IMG/VR virus record: IMGVR_UViG_3300045988_070924
Coordinates: 32,001 to 96,000 of that record
Length of the DNA: 64,000 bases
Reading direction: 5' to 3' (one strand)
Origin: a virus
Below, one piece after another: positions 1 to 8,952 of the stretch. Numbering within the stretch: the first letter of the stretch is position 1; every line of letters starts with the position of its first letter. The notes beneath the pieces were generated by a model. That model was not told where the DNA came from and ran no database searches. It was given only the letters and a program-made list of their open reading frames with translations. The translations under genes were made by a program, and so were the position numbers.

Positions 1-1
1 T

Positions 2-691
2 GGAGTTATTGCTACTCAGACAATTAGCTATACTTCTGGTTCTATAGTTACTATTTCTAATGATGCTGGCTCTTCAGTTCCAACATTTAATGCTATTGCA
101 GTTACCTATAGTGCAGCTGTTACAGCAGCTTCTAAGGGTACGGCAGTTTCTGCAAGAACTGAAGCAGGTGTCATTACAATTACCGCAGCAGGTGCTGCCG
201 ACAAGATAGCCACTAAGTCAGTTACTGTATATCAGGCAGCTAACTCTGCAACTTACGGTGATGTAACTATTGGTCAGGCTACTCCAGTATCTCTTGCTGC
301 TCCAGGTGAGACTTATGCTATTGTTCCTGCAATGAAGCAGACAGTTACTTACACTTCAGGTGCTACTAGAACTGAGGCTACTCCAGCAGACAATAAGGTA
401 CAGCTCTCTGCTGACTACACAGTTAAGACTGCTAAGGAAGGCTTCTCACTTGAGACTAATACTGGTAAGGTTACTGTTAATCTTAACCCTACAACTGCTC
501 CTAGAAATGGCTTTGTTGTTACAATCTCAGCTGAGGGTGAGGGTGGTAAGACTGCTACTAAGGATATTACATTCAACCAGCAGGGTTCAGCTTCAACTCT
601 TGACCTCTCTCCTGATACATTGTCATTCGTTGCAGAAGGTGAGACCAAGACATTGACTATCACATCTAATGATTCTTGGACATTGTCCTAA
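2..691 (+). CDS. Ig-like/BACON-like repeat virion surface protein, C-terminal part (5' end outside window)
   Basis: The frame of listed ORF 332..691 stays open back to base 2. T/A/S/G/V-rich beta-strand repeats. C-terminal 'LDLSPDTLSFVAEGETKTLTITSNDSWTLS' resembles a BACON/Ig-type module. A strong terminator follows. Confidence 0.5.
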   Translation, partial: GVIATQTISYTSGSIVTISNDAGSSVPTFNAIAVTYSAAVTAASKGTAVSARTEAGVITITAAGAADKIATKSVTVYQAANSATYGDVTIGQATPVSLAAPGETYAIVPAMKQTVTYTSGATRTEATPADNKVQLSADYTVKTAKEGFSLETNTGKVTVNLNPTTAPRNGFVVTISAEGEGGKTATKDITFNQQGSASTLDLSPDTLSFVAEGETKTLTITSNDSWTLS

Positions 692-713
692 TCATAGATT
701 AGAATAAAATTAA

Positions 714-752
714 CAAGAGGTTAAGTGTTCTACTTAACCTCTTGCTTTTTTT
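714..752 (+). terminator. Rho-independent terminator
   Basis: Perfect 13-bp stem caagaggttaagt/acttaacctcttg (714-726/732-744), 5-nt loop, then a T-run. Confidence 0.8.
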
Positions 753-772
753 ATTTATACTTCTTACCTTTG
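742..772 (+). promoter_or_regulatory. Bacteroidota-type promoter (TTG-N20-TAccTTTG)
   Basis: TAccTTTG at 765-772 fits the Bacteroides -7 consensus TAnnTTTG. TTG at 742-744 sits at the -33 position. The box ends 20 nt upstream of ATG 792. Confidence 0.6.
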
Positions 773-791
773 CCTATTGGAGGAAAAAGAT

Positions 792-1412
792 ATGAAACTT
801 AAAAGTTGGATATATATAGGAGTAGCTGTTCTTGTACTTGGTATGATTGGTGTTATATCACTACAGTCTTCAAGAATAGATAGTCTGAAGAAAGATTTGT
901 CAATAAGTATAGCCAATGAGAAGGCTTTATTTGCTGACAATGATTCTCTTAATAATAAAGGAAGAACATTACAGCTTACAGTAGAACAATTAAACTATAT
1001 TAATGACTCCATCATTGTGAAGATGAATGAAGTCAGAAAGGAACTTAAGATTAAAGACAAGAACATAAAGGAACTTGAATATCAATTATCTGAAGCCAAG
1101 AAGACTGATACCTTGATATTCAGAGATACTCTTTTCAGAAATCCAGAACTTAAGATAGATACTACTTTAAGAGATAAATGGTATTCTCTTAATCTAAAAC
1201 TTGAATATCCATCTACTGTAATTGCCTCTCCCAAGTTCATATCAGAGAGGTATGTAGTGCAGAGTTTAAGGAAAGAGACTATTAAACCTCCTAAGAAGTG
1301 TTGGCTGGGGAGACTATTCCAAAAGAGACATAAGGTGATTGAGACGGAAGTAATTGAGAAGAGTCCTTATATAATAAACAAACAGGAAAAATATATAAAG
1401 ATTATCGAGTGA
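792..1412 (+). CDS. N-terminally anchored membrane protein with long coiled coil (lysis cassette; spanin/holin-like?)
   Basis: ATG 792 is preferred over the track's TTG 777 because the promoter box ends at 772. TM segment 'WIYIGVAVLVLGMIGVISL' is followed by a K/E/L-rich heptad-like region. Its stop overlaps the next start (TGATG). Confidence 0.35.
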   Translation: MKLKSWIYIGVAVLVLGMIGVISLQSSRIDSLKKDLSISIANEKALFADNDSLNNKGRTLQLTVEQLNYINDSIIVKMNEVRKELKIKDKNIKELEYQLSEAKKTDTLIFRDTLFRNPELKIDTTLRDKWYSLNLKLEYPSTVIASPKFISERYVVQSLRKETIKPPKKCWLGRLFQKRHKVIETEVIEKSPYIINKQEKYIKIIE

Positions 1413-1801
1413 TGGATTTAGGAGTATTGATTACAGCAGGTATAGGTACTGTGACTACATTCTGCTCTGCATTTTTTACTTTTCTATTCTCAAAGAAGAA
1501 GTACAATGCAGAAGTAGATAGCACACAGATATCCAATATGCAGGCATCTTTAGATATATATCAGGACATGGTTAAAGACCTTGGCAGAAAACTTGATTTG
1601 TATTCAAAGATTGTAGACAAGAATAAGGCTGAAGTAATGAGACTTAAGAGTGTGGTCATCAAGATGATTGGTAAAATCTGTACAATTGAATCCTGTAAGA
1701 ACAGATGCCCTTATAGTGACACGGAGCTTGATGATTTGTTCAGACTATTAGATTTTGATACTGATGAAACTGACTATAAAGAGAACTATAACAAGAAATA
1801 G
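1412..1801 (+). CDS. Small N-terminal-TM protein with coiled coil (holin/spanin-like?)
   Basis: The track start 1409 is GTG; ATG is at 1412. TM 'LGVLITAGIGTVTTFCSAFFTFLF', then a charged helical region. Lies between a membrane protein and a putative wall hydrolase. Confidence 0.3.
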   Translation: MDLGVLITAGIGTVTTFCSAFFTFLFSKKKYNAEVDSTQISNMQASLDIYQDMVKDLGRKLDLYSKIVDKNKAEVMRLKSVVIKMIGKICTIESCKNRCPYSDTELDDLFRLLDFDTDETDYKENYNKK

Positions 1802-2222
1802 CTACACTTTAGGTAAGCTGTATATAGATGGGGTCTATTTCTGTGATACTTTGGAGGATAGAGACAGAGGACTTACTCAAAATATGTCAGTAGAGCAAAT
1901 AAAGTCTATTAAAGTACCTGGAGAAACAGCTATTCCAAAAGGAACCTACAGAGTTACTTTAGATGTAGTTAGTCCTAAATTCTCCAAATATCCATTCTAT
2001 ATGGAAACTTGTGGAGGTAAATTACCAAGACTTATTGATGTAAAAGGCTATGAGGGTGTTCTTATTCATGTTGCAGATGGCCCAAAGAGGGATTCCTTGG
2101 TACAGGGATGCATAGGAGTAGGCAACCTTTCAGCAGAAGAATATCTTATGAATGGTAAGAAAGTATTTGCTGAACTCTACAATAAGTTGAAGGGCAATAA
2201 TATAGAACTTGAAATTGTTTAA
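1764..2222 (+). CDS. Putative peptidoglycan hydrolase/peptidase (YkuD-like His...Gly-Cys motif, DUF5675-like)
   Basis: The track start 1755 is TTG; the first ATG is at 1764. 'GVLIHVADGPKRDSLVQGCIGVG' has the H-x13-GC spacing typical of L,D-transpeptidase-fold catalytic sites. It follows two membrane proteins. Function is inferred. Confidence 0.4.
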   Translation: MKLTIKRTITRNSYTLGKLYIDGVYFCDTLEDRDRGLTQNMSVEQIKSIKVPGETAIPKGTYRVTLDVVSPKFSKYPFYMETCGGKLPRLIDVKGYEGVLIHVADGPKRDSLVQGCIGVGNLSAEEYLMNGKKVFAELYNKLKGNNIELEIV

Positions 2223-2297
2223 TTATGGCTTGCAAGAAAAGTAAAGGTAAGGGAAAGAAGGGTAAGTAGTATTACTCTAAGTGAAAAAGTTTATAGG

Positions 2298-2330
2298 CAA
2301 TAAGGAAAATGTTTTCCTTATTGTCTTTTA
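2298..2330 (+). terminator. Rho-independent terminator
   Basis: Inverted repeat caataaggaaaa/ttttccttattg (2298-2309/2312-2323) followed by tctttt. Confidence 0.7.
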
Positions 2331-2351
2331 CATTTTTTGTATATATCTTTG
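2321..2351 (+). promoter_or_regulatory. Bacteroidota-type promoter (TTG-N20-TAtcTTTG)
   Basis: TAtcTTTG at 2344-2351 and TTG at 2321-2323, with the same 21-nt offset as the other sites. The box ends 25 nt upstream of ATG 2376. Confidence 0.6.
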
Positions 2352-2375
2352 CATGAAGTTTAAGGAGAAGATAAT

Positions 2376-3521
2376 ATGGAAGAACTTGATTTGAACAACA
2401 TCCTCAGCCCAGAAGAGGTAGATAATCTCTTTGATGAGGAAGGAAGTAAGACACAGGAAACTCCACCTGAACCAACGGAGGATGATAAGAAAAATAATGA
2501 AACTACTGAGGTTCAAGTAGATGCAGAAGATTTATTTGAATCAGAGAGCGTAGGTAGTGGAAAAGAAGATAAGCAAGGAAAGGAAGATACCTCCCCAGAT
2601 GGGACTGGTACTTCTCCCAAAACCAACTTCTACTCTTCCATTGCCAGTGCCTTGAAAGAAGATGGTATCTTCCAGAACCTTGATGATTCTAAAGCCAGTG
2701 AAATAAAAGATGCAGAATCTTTTGCACAGGCTATAAGAGATGAAGTTTCTGCTCAATTTGATGAAAGACAGAAGAGGATTGATGAAGCATTGAATGCTGG
2801 AATTGAACCTTCTGAAATCCAGAAGTATGAGAGAACACTCAATTATCTTGATTCAATCAAGGATGAGAATATTTCAGATGAGTCAGAGCAGGGTGAACAG
2901 TTAAGAAGACAGCTCATCTATAATGACTTCATCAATAGAGGTTACTCTAAAGAAAGAGCTCAAAGGGAAGTAAAGAAGTCTTTTGATACAGGCACTGATA
3001 TAGAAGATGCCAAAGAGTCTCTAAAGAGCAATAAGGAGTTCTTCAAGAGCTCTTATGACTCTATAGTAGAGGAGGCTAAGAAAGAAGAGGAAAAGGAGAT
3101 TGAGGAGAGAAAGAAGGATGCTGAAACTCTCAAGAAGAACATACTTGAAGAGGAGAAGGTATTTGGAGAGCTCCAGATAGACAAGGCTACAAGACAGAAG
3201 GTCTTTGATAATGTAAGTAAGCCTGTCTATAAGGACCCTGAAACAGGGGAACTCTTCACAGCATTACAGAAGTATGAGATGGATAATAGACTTGATTTTC
3301 TTAAGAATGTAGGTCTCATATACACTCTTACTGATGGCTTTAAGAACCTTGATGGGCTTATTAAAGGAAAAGTAAAGAAGGAAGTGAGGAAGGGATTGAG
3401 AGAGCTTGAAACCACTATCAACAATACTGCAAGAACCGCAGATGGTAATCTGAAGTTTGCAACTGGAGTTGATGAAGACCCTGAGTCTTATGTGGGCAAG
3501 GGCTGGCATCTTGATGTCTAA
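2376..3521 (+). CDS. Acidic, helix-rich protein directly upstream of the capsid gene (scaffolding-like)
   Basis: 381 aa, very D/E/K-rich with a low-complexity N-terminus and coiled-coil-like middle. Call rests on position immediately 5' of the candidate MCP. Inference only. Confidence 0.4.
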   Translation: MEELDLNNILSPEEVDNLFDEEGSKTQETPPEPTEDDKKNNETTEVQVDAEDLFESESVGSGKEDKQGKEDTSPDGTGTSPKTNFYSSIASALKEDGIFQNLDDSKASEIKDAESFAQAIRDEVSAQFDERQKRIDEALNAGIEPSEIQKYERTLNYLDSIKDENISDESEQGEQLRRQLIYNDFINRGYSKERAQREVKKSFDTGTDIEDAKESLKSNKEFFKSSYDSIVEEAKKEEEKEIEERKKDAETLKKNILEEEKVFGELQIDKATRQKVFDNVSKPVYKDPETGELFTALQKYEMDNRLDFLKNVGLIYTLTDGFKNLDGLIKGKVKKEVRKGLRELETTINNTARTADGNLKFATGVDEDPESYVGKGWHLDV

Positions 3522-3559
3522 CCTCCTATTCTGAATTAACAACAATAACATAAAAATTT

Positions 3560-5074
3560 ATGGCAGGAAAGCTTGGTAAATTTCAGATGTTAGGCTTCCA
3601 GCACTGGAAAGGTACAACCAAGGAAAACCACCTTGGACAAATCTTCCAGTTAGCACCTCAGAAGGCTACAAACCTTATGGTGCAGCTGCTTGCCTACTAC
3701 AGAGGTAAGACCCTTGACACATTCCTCAATCAGTTCCCAACAAGGGAGTTTGATGATGACAATGAATATTACTGGGATGTGATTGGTTCTTCAAGGAGAA
3801 ACATTCCACTTGTTGAAGCAAGGAATGGGAATGGAGATGTTGTAAAGGATACAGATGCACCTGTAGGTGCTGGTTATACTCCATTCTATCTTGTATTCCC
3901 AGAAGATTGGTTTGCTGATGGAGAAATCCTTTGGGGTAACTACAATGAGGCATATCCACTTAGGGTTCTTGGAGAAGCAAGGTTTGAGGGAACTAATGCG
4001 GTTTATAAGGTAGAGGTCTTTGGTACTAATTCTAAGGGTGTACCAGCAGAAAGACTTCTTGCAGGAGAAAGGTTCTCTATTGGTTATGCTCCGGTAGAAA
4101 GAAGTTTCTCAAGGAAGGTTGGTGACATCAGATTCAGCTCACCAGTTTCTATGAGAAATGAGTGGTCTACTATTAGAATTCATCACAAGGTTGGTGGTTC
4201 AATGCTTAATAAGAAGCTTGCAGTAGGTATTCCTATTACTAAGGAAACTGAAGGTGGAAAGCTTGTTAAGGATACCACTAATATGTGGATGCACTATGTA
4301 GACTATGAACTTGAACTTCAGTTCTCAGAAGCAAAGAATAATGTACTTGCTTGGGGTGTTTCCAACAGGAACAGTAATGGTGAGTACCTTAACTTTGGTA
4401 AGTCAGGTGAGGCCATCAAGACTGGTGCAGGTCTGTTTGAGCAGATGGAAGTAGCTAATACAATGTACTACAACCACTTCTCACTTAAACTCATTGAGGA
4501 TGCTCTTTATGAACTTTCAGCATCTAAGCTTGATTTCAATGACAGATACTTTGTTATCAAGACTGGTGAAAGAGGAGCAATTCAGTTCCACAAGGAAGTC
4601 CTCAAGACAGTTTCAGGTTGGACACAGTTTGTACTTGACAATAACTCTATTGGAGTAGTTCAGAAGACTCAGAGCAAGCTTCATGAGAATGCTCTCTCAG
4701 CTGGTTTCCAGTTTGTAGAGTATAAGGCTCCTAATGGAGTAAGGGTTAAGATTGATGTAGACCCATTCTATGATGACCCAGTAAGAAACAAGATTCTTCA
4801 CCCAGAGGGTGGTGTAGCATACTCATATAGGTATGACATTATGTACATTGGTACAATGGACCAGCCTAATATCTTCAAGTGTGCTATCAAGGGTCAGACA
4901 GAGTTCAGGGGCTATGAGTGGGGTCTTAGAAATCCATTCACTGGTCAGATGGGTAATCCATACATGAGCCATGATGAGGATTCAGCAACATTCCACAGAA
5001 TGGCAACTCTTGGAATCTGTGTTCTTGACCCTACAAGAACAATGTCAATTATACCTGCAATACTTCAGGGATAA
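3560..5074 (+). CDS. Candidate major capsid protein
   Basis: 504 aa. Lies after the scaffold-like gene and is followed by a strong terminator. Less AT-rich, highly-expressed-looking codon composition by eye. Size agrees with crAss-like MCPs. No motif proof. Confidence 0.55.
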   Translation: MAGKLGKFQMLGFQHWKGTTKENHLGQIFQLAPQKATNLMVQLLAYYRGKTLDTFLNQFPTREFDDDNEYYWDVIGSSRRNIPLVEARNGNGDVVKDTDAPVGAGYTPFYLVFPEDWFADGEILWGNYNEAYPLRVLGEARFEGTNAVYKVEVFGTNSKGVPAERLLAGERFSIGYAPVERSFSRKVGDIRFSSPVSMRNEWSTIRIHHKVGGSMLNKKLAVGIPITKETEGGKLVKDTTNMWMHYVDYELELQFSEAKNNVLAWGVSNRNSNGEYLNFGKSGEAIKTGAGLFEQMEVANTMYYNHFSLKLIEDALYELSASKLDFNDRYFVIKTGERGAIQFHKEVLKTVSGWTQFVLDNNSIGVVQKTQSKLHENALSAGFQFVEYKAPNGVRVKIDVDPFYDDPVRNKILHPEGGVAYSYRYDIMYIGTMDQPNIFKCAIKGQTEFRGYEWGLRNPFTGQMGNPYMSHDEDSATFHRMATLGICVLDPTRTMSIIPAILQG

Positions 5075-5080
5075 ATCATA

Positions 5081-5113
5081 AGGGGTAGGGTAGTACCCTA
5101 TCCCTTTATTTTT
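5081..5113 (+). terminator. Rho-independent terminator
   Basis: Stem aggggtaggg/ccctatccct with one G-U pair, then ttatttttt. Confidence 0.75.
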
Positions 5114-5128
5114 AAAGGGAGATAAATA

Positions 5129-6118
5129 ATGGCAAAGAAAATGGAAGAGTCTATTGATTTTGGAGCTATAGATGATAGCCCAATTTCAGTACATGAAGTT
5201 AGTTCTATGGGAGGTAATGAACCACCTGCAAGAATAGAAAGTGAGAAGAAGCCAAAACCAAGTAGAGTGGTTGAATCTTGCTTAAGAAATGAGAGAGTAA
5301 TTATCAGGCATGTCCCTAAGGAGGGAGGGCTTGTTACTAACCCTAAGCATATCCTCTATGGAGGTATGGCTGAAAGTGCAGTGAGATACTTTACAGTTCC
5401 TATCCTTGGGTCTTCTGGTGCATATAAGAATGTACTTACAGATGATGAGAAGACATTTCTTGAGGAGATTATGGGGCTTGAATATAATGCTCTCTCTATC
5501 TATAAGAAGGAGAACAATTACTGGGATAACTATCAGGTTAGACTGACAAAGCAAGACAATTATCTTGACCTTTCAGTACCAGATGATTATATCAAGTACA
5601 AGGTCCTTAAGGCTAACTCTGACTTTATTGCAGATTCTCTTGAGACATTACAGGACAAGCCAAAGGTAACATACCAGTTTGTAATGATTAGGGAGGGTGA
5701 GCAGGAAAGCCAGGAGAGTGAAAAGATGTCAGCTACTATGAAGTGCTACATGGAATATGGTAGAATTAAGGATGACAGAGATGCTCTTAGGTGCATTATT
5801 GAACTTATAGATGGTAGACCTGTAGCCTCTAATTCAAAACTTGAGTTCCTTCAGGGCAAGATTAATAACCTTATTCAGGCTGATTCTAAGTTGTTCCTCA
5901 AGATAATCACTGACCCACTTCTTAGTACTAAGGTGCTTATCAGTAAGGCTATTGAAGCAGGAGTAATATCAAAGAGAGGTGACCAGTTATACCTCAGAAG
6001 TGACAACTCACCACTGTGTGACCACAATGAGGACCCTACTCTGAATGTAGCTGCAAGATACCTTAACCTTCCTAAGAATCAAGAGCTTAAACTTTCAATT
6101 GAAGCAAAGGTAAAATAA
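5129..6118 (+). CDS. Virion/capsid-associated protein, function unknown
   Basis: 329-aa ORF with ATG start, inside the late operon next to the MCP candidate. Confidence 0.3.
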   Translation: MAKKMEESIDFGAIDDSPISVHEVSSMGGNEPPARIESEKKPKPSRVVESCLRNERVIIRHVPKEGGLVTNPKHILYGGMAESAVRYFTVPILGSSGAYKNVLTDDEKTFLEEIMGLEYNALSIYKKENNYWDNYQVRLTKQDNYLDLSVPDDYIKYKVLKANSDFIADSLETLQDKPKVTYQFVMIREGEQESQESEKMSATMKCYMEYGRIKDDRDALRCIIELIDGRPVASNSKLEFLQGKINNLIQADSKLFLKIITDPLLSTKVLISKAIEAGVISKRGDQLYLRSDNSPLCDHNEDPTLNVAARYLNLPKNQELKLSIEAKVK

Positions 6119-6119
6119 T

Positions 6120-6794
6120 ATGACAACACAAGAGTTTTCACTTGAATTTGATTTAATGTATAATAACATTTCTTCAAATCAAGCTCCAGGACTTTCAGAA
6201 TATGAGAAAAGCTTGTTCTTAACCCAAGCACAAGAAGCTCTGGTTCTTGATATTTATTCAGGAAAACTTGGAAGTCCTTTTGAAAGTACTGAGGAAGTTA
6301 CTGATTATTTGAGTCCTTTGGTTAAGCAAGTTACATATACAAGTAAAGTAGAAGGTAAGGGATTGGATTCAAGGTCAGTATTCTTTAATATAGATACAGA
6401 CATTTGGTTTAAGACAGGAGAAAAGGCAATAATAAAGGATGATTCCCTTAAATGTGGAAATTCTACAGAAAGAGAAGTAGATGTAGTTCCAGTAACACAA
6501 GATACTTTATATAGAACTAAGAATAGCCCATTTAGAGGACCTAATGAAAGAAGGATATTAAGATTGGACTGTGAAGCCAATAAAGTTGAATTAATAAGTA
6601 AATATCCTATTGAGTCTTATACAATAAGATATCTTTCAAAACCAGAACCTATAATACTTGAAGATTTACCAGAAGGTCTGACTATTAATGGTATAAGTAC
6701 ACCTCAAACTTGTAAATTAAGTTCAGCAATTCATAGAGCAATCCTCATCAGAGCAGTAAGTATTGCTAAGTCTGTTTGGGGTTCACAACAATAG
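6120..6794 (+). CDS. Virion protein, function unknown
   Basis: 224-aa ORF starting 1 nt after the previous stop. Confidence 0.3.
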   Translation: MTTQEFSLEFDLMYNNISSNQAPGLSEYEKSLFLTQAQEALVLDIYSGKLGSPFESTEEVTDYLSPLVKQVTYTSKVEGKGLDSRSVFFNIDTDIWFKTGEKAIIKDDSLKCGNSTEREVDVVPVTQDTLYRTKNSPFRGPNERRILRLDCEANKVELISKYPIESYTIRYLSKPEPIILEDLPEGLTINGISTPQTCKLSSAIHRAILIRAVSIAKSVWGSQQ

Positions 6795-6824
6795 TTTTAC
6801 AAATATTTTAATAAATAATAATTT

Positions 6825-7847
6825 ATGGCAGCTTTTTCAGTGCATCAGGTAAGGCAGCTCTATGTTGCTAATGCCTACAAAGAGAATCTTGCAGCTCTTA
6901 AGGATGCTGGAGATATCACTGTAGTAAAGGAAGCTAAAGGCAGTGCTATCTATTTCCAGTACATGGGAGCACTTCTTGATAAGATGAGAAGTGACCTTAT
7001 CAAGATTGAGAATATTACCAGTCTCACAGCTACTAAAGCTGAAGACATGGCTACTAAGCTCAAGGGATATACTCTTACTCTTGACCCTGAGGTAAATGGT
7101 GGTCAGCCAGTAGCTGGGCAGGATTATATTCTTAGACTTGCATTTAGAGAGTATATTGGTATGTCAGAAGCAGACCAGTACTTCAAGTATGGTATGGTTC
7201 ATGCTTATTCAGGTCTTTCTGCATCTGATTTCTATAAGAAGATGGCACACTCTTTAGTAATTAATCTTTCAAAGGATGTAACAGCTCTTGTAGATGTTTA
7301 CCTCTATGATGGTTCTAATGAAACTAAAGTAGAGGCAATGAGTTGGGAGGCTTTTGATAAAGCCTATACTGGAACTTATACAGCAATTAGGTTTGTAGAA
7401 GCAGTTCAACCTTGGCATTTAGGTACAATGCCTCAGGCAGTAATTCCTTTTAAGGTTCAGCCAGTAAATGTTCTTGTAGATGGTGACCAGAGAATTTGGG
7501 GAGAAGTTAAGTCTTATGACCCTCAGGCTTCTCTTCCAGAAGGACAGCTTATTGCAGACCTTGAGTACTTCTGCATGGGTGAAAGAGGAGACCAGTACAG
7601 AAATATGGGATGGCCTAATGTTATTCCTACCAAGTATCTGGTTGACCCTAGCAAGAAATATGATGTTCTTAATATCCACTATTTCTATCAGGGTGATGGA
7701 ATTTCAGTACAGAAGTCTGAAAAGGACATCCAGATTGTAGTTCCTAGACCAGGAGAAGAGGATTATACAAAAATCAATGCTCTTATCGCAGCTATTAAGG
7801 ATATTGTCCCAGCTGAGACAAGAGCATCCCTTGAGGAACTTAAATAA
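6825..7847 (+). CDS. Virion structural protein, function unknown
   Basis: 340-aa ORF with less AT-rich composition similar to the MCP candidate. A terminator follows. Confidence 0.3.
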   Translation: MAAFSVHQVRQLYVANAYKENLAALKDAGDITVVKEAKGSAIYFQYMGALLDKMRSDLIKIENITSLTATKAEDMATKLKGYTLTLDPEVNGGQPVAGQDYILRLAFREYIGMSEADQYFKYGMVHAYSGLSASDFYKKMAHSLVINLSKDVTALVDVYLYDGSNETKVEAMSWEAFDKAYTGTYTAIRFVEAVQPWHLGTMPQAVIPFKVQPVNVLVDGDQRIWGEVKSYDPQASLPEGQLIADLEYFCMGERGDQYRNMGWPNVIPTKYLVDPSKKYDVLNIHYFYQGDGISVQKSEKDIQIVVPRPGEEDYTKINALIAAIKDIVPAETRASLEELK

Positions 7848-7850
7848 ACT

Positions 7851-7883
7851 AAAGGGACCTTAAAAAGGTCCCTTTTATTGTTT
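7851..7883 (+). terminator. Rho-independent terminator
   Basis: 9-bp stem aaagggacc/ggtcccttt (7851-7859/7867-7875) running into a T-rich tract. Confidence 0.75.
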
Positions 7884-7902
7884 AATTTTCAACTGAATTA
7901 GT

Positions 7903-8463
7903 ATGGTAATTTTTAATGATTTAAGAATAACTCCTGATGGTCAAAATCTTTTTATAGATGTTAAGGTAGCTCCATACAAATACTTTGAAAATATGTATAT
8001 ATCTTCAATAAGTATTGATACAGAAGAAACATTTTCTCCTACAGGAAAACCAAGTTCTAATGCAGTTGTAGTATATGAAAATCAAGATACAACTGTAAAA
8101 GAGTACAGTATAAATCTCTCACCAGATAAATTCAAGTTATCAGCATTTAATAGTCATATATTTTATGTATATGTATCTGTAGCTGGTACTCCTTCTATTG
8201 ATACTCCTTGTGCAATGGACACTGAGTATACTTTAGGGGTAGTATTAAATTGGCAACCTATATATCAAAAAGGTATAAATCATATGAAGCAAGTAGTTAA
8301 TGGCTGTTGTGAATTGCCTAAAGACTTCATAGATTATATACTTAGATTCAAAGCATTTGAACTTGCTATTAGAACTGCTCAATATACTTTGGCAAATGAT
8401 AAGTTCAAAGAGTGGTTTGCAGAAGAGAATGTGAAGTTTAACCCTCCTTGTAGATGTAAATAA
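7903..8463 (+). CDS. Hypothetical virion protein
   Basis: 186-aa ORF with ATG start in the late block. Confidence 0.3.
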   Translation: MVIFNDLRITPDGQNLFIDVKVAPYKYFENMYISSISIDTEETFSPTGKPSSNAVVVYENQDTTVKEYSINLSPDKFKLSAFNSHIFYVYVSVAGTPSIDTPCAMDTEYTLGVVLNWQPIYQKGINHMKQVVNGCCELPKDFIDYILRFKAFELAIRTAQYTLANDKFKEWFAEENVKFNPPCRCK

Positions 8464-8464
8464 T

Positions 8465-8854
8465 ATGTATGCAGGAAAAACAACTCAACAAGCTCTTGAT
8501 GCCCTCAATGAATATTTCACTAATCTTAGTCAAACAGGCTATTTAAGATATGATACAGTTGTAAAAATATTAGGATTATTATTAGTAGATTCTTTTCTTA
8601 ATACTGACCTAAATACCTATGTAACTGAGGAAGACTACAACATAATGGCAAAATTTTTATATTGTTTGTATGGAAGTAATTGCCTTATGCCTTATCTTCA
8701 ATTCTATAAAGAAATACCTCAGTTAGGCACTATTCTTCCAAAGCCTGGAGGAATGCAACCTTATAGAGGAACAGAGGAAGATATATTAAGATTTACTGAA
8801 CAAGATTTTAGGGTGAGAGCTACTGAATATAAAACAGATTTTTGGGATAATTAA
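8465..8854 (+). CDS. Hypothetical virion protein
   Basis: 129-aa ORF starting 1 nt after the previous stop. Confidence 0.3.
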   Translation: MYAGKTTQQALDALNEYFTNLSQTGYLRYDTVVKILGLLLVDSFLNTDLNTYVTEEDYNIMAKFLYCLYGSNCLMPYLQFYKEIPQLGTILPKPGGMQPYRGTEEDILRFTEQDFRVRATEYKTDFWDN

Positions 8855-8877
8855 GTTTACATAATATAACAAAATTG

Positions 8878-8931
8878 ATTAGACTATTGCATGAATGACT
8901 ATTTTTTCTTACATTTGTGCAATAGTCTAAT
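8878..8931 (+). promoter_or_regulatory. 14-bp inverted repeat enclosing a TTG-N20-TAcaTTTG promoter
   Basis: Arms at 8878-8891 and 8918-8931 (core agactattgca/tgcaatagtct). TTG at 8887-8889 lies in the left arm. TAcaTTTG at 8910-8917 ends where the right arm starts. ATG at 8953. Confidence 0.5.
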
Positions 8932-8952
8932 TTAGTTAATATAAGTAGAATT

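Noticed and set aside
2225-2269. A 14-codon ORF, 'MACKKSKGKGKKGK', directly after the putative endolysin gene.
   Set aside because: It is too short and low-complexity to support as a gene, and it has no lipobox or TM segment. It lies between a stop codon and the terminator and is probably fortuitous.
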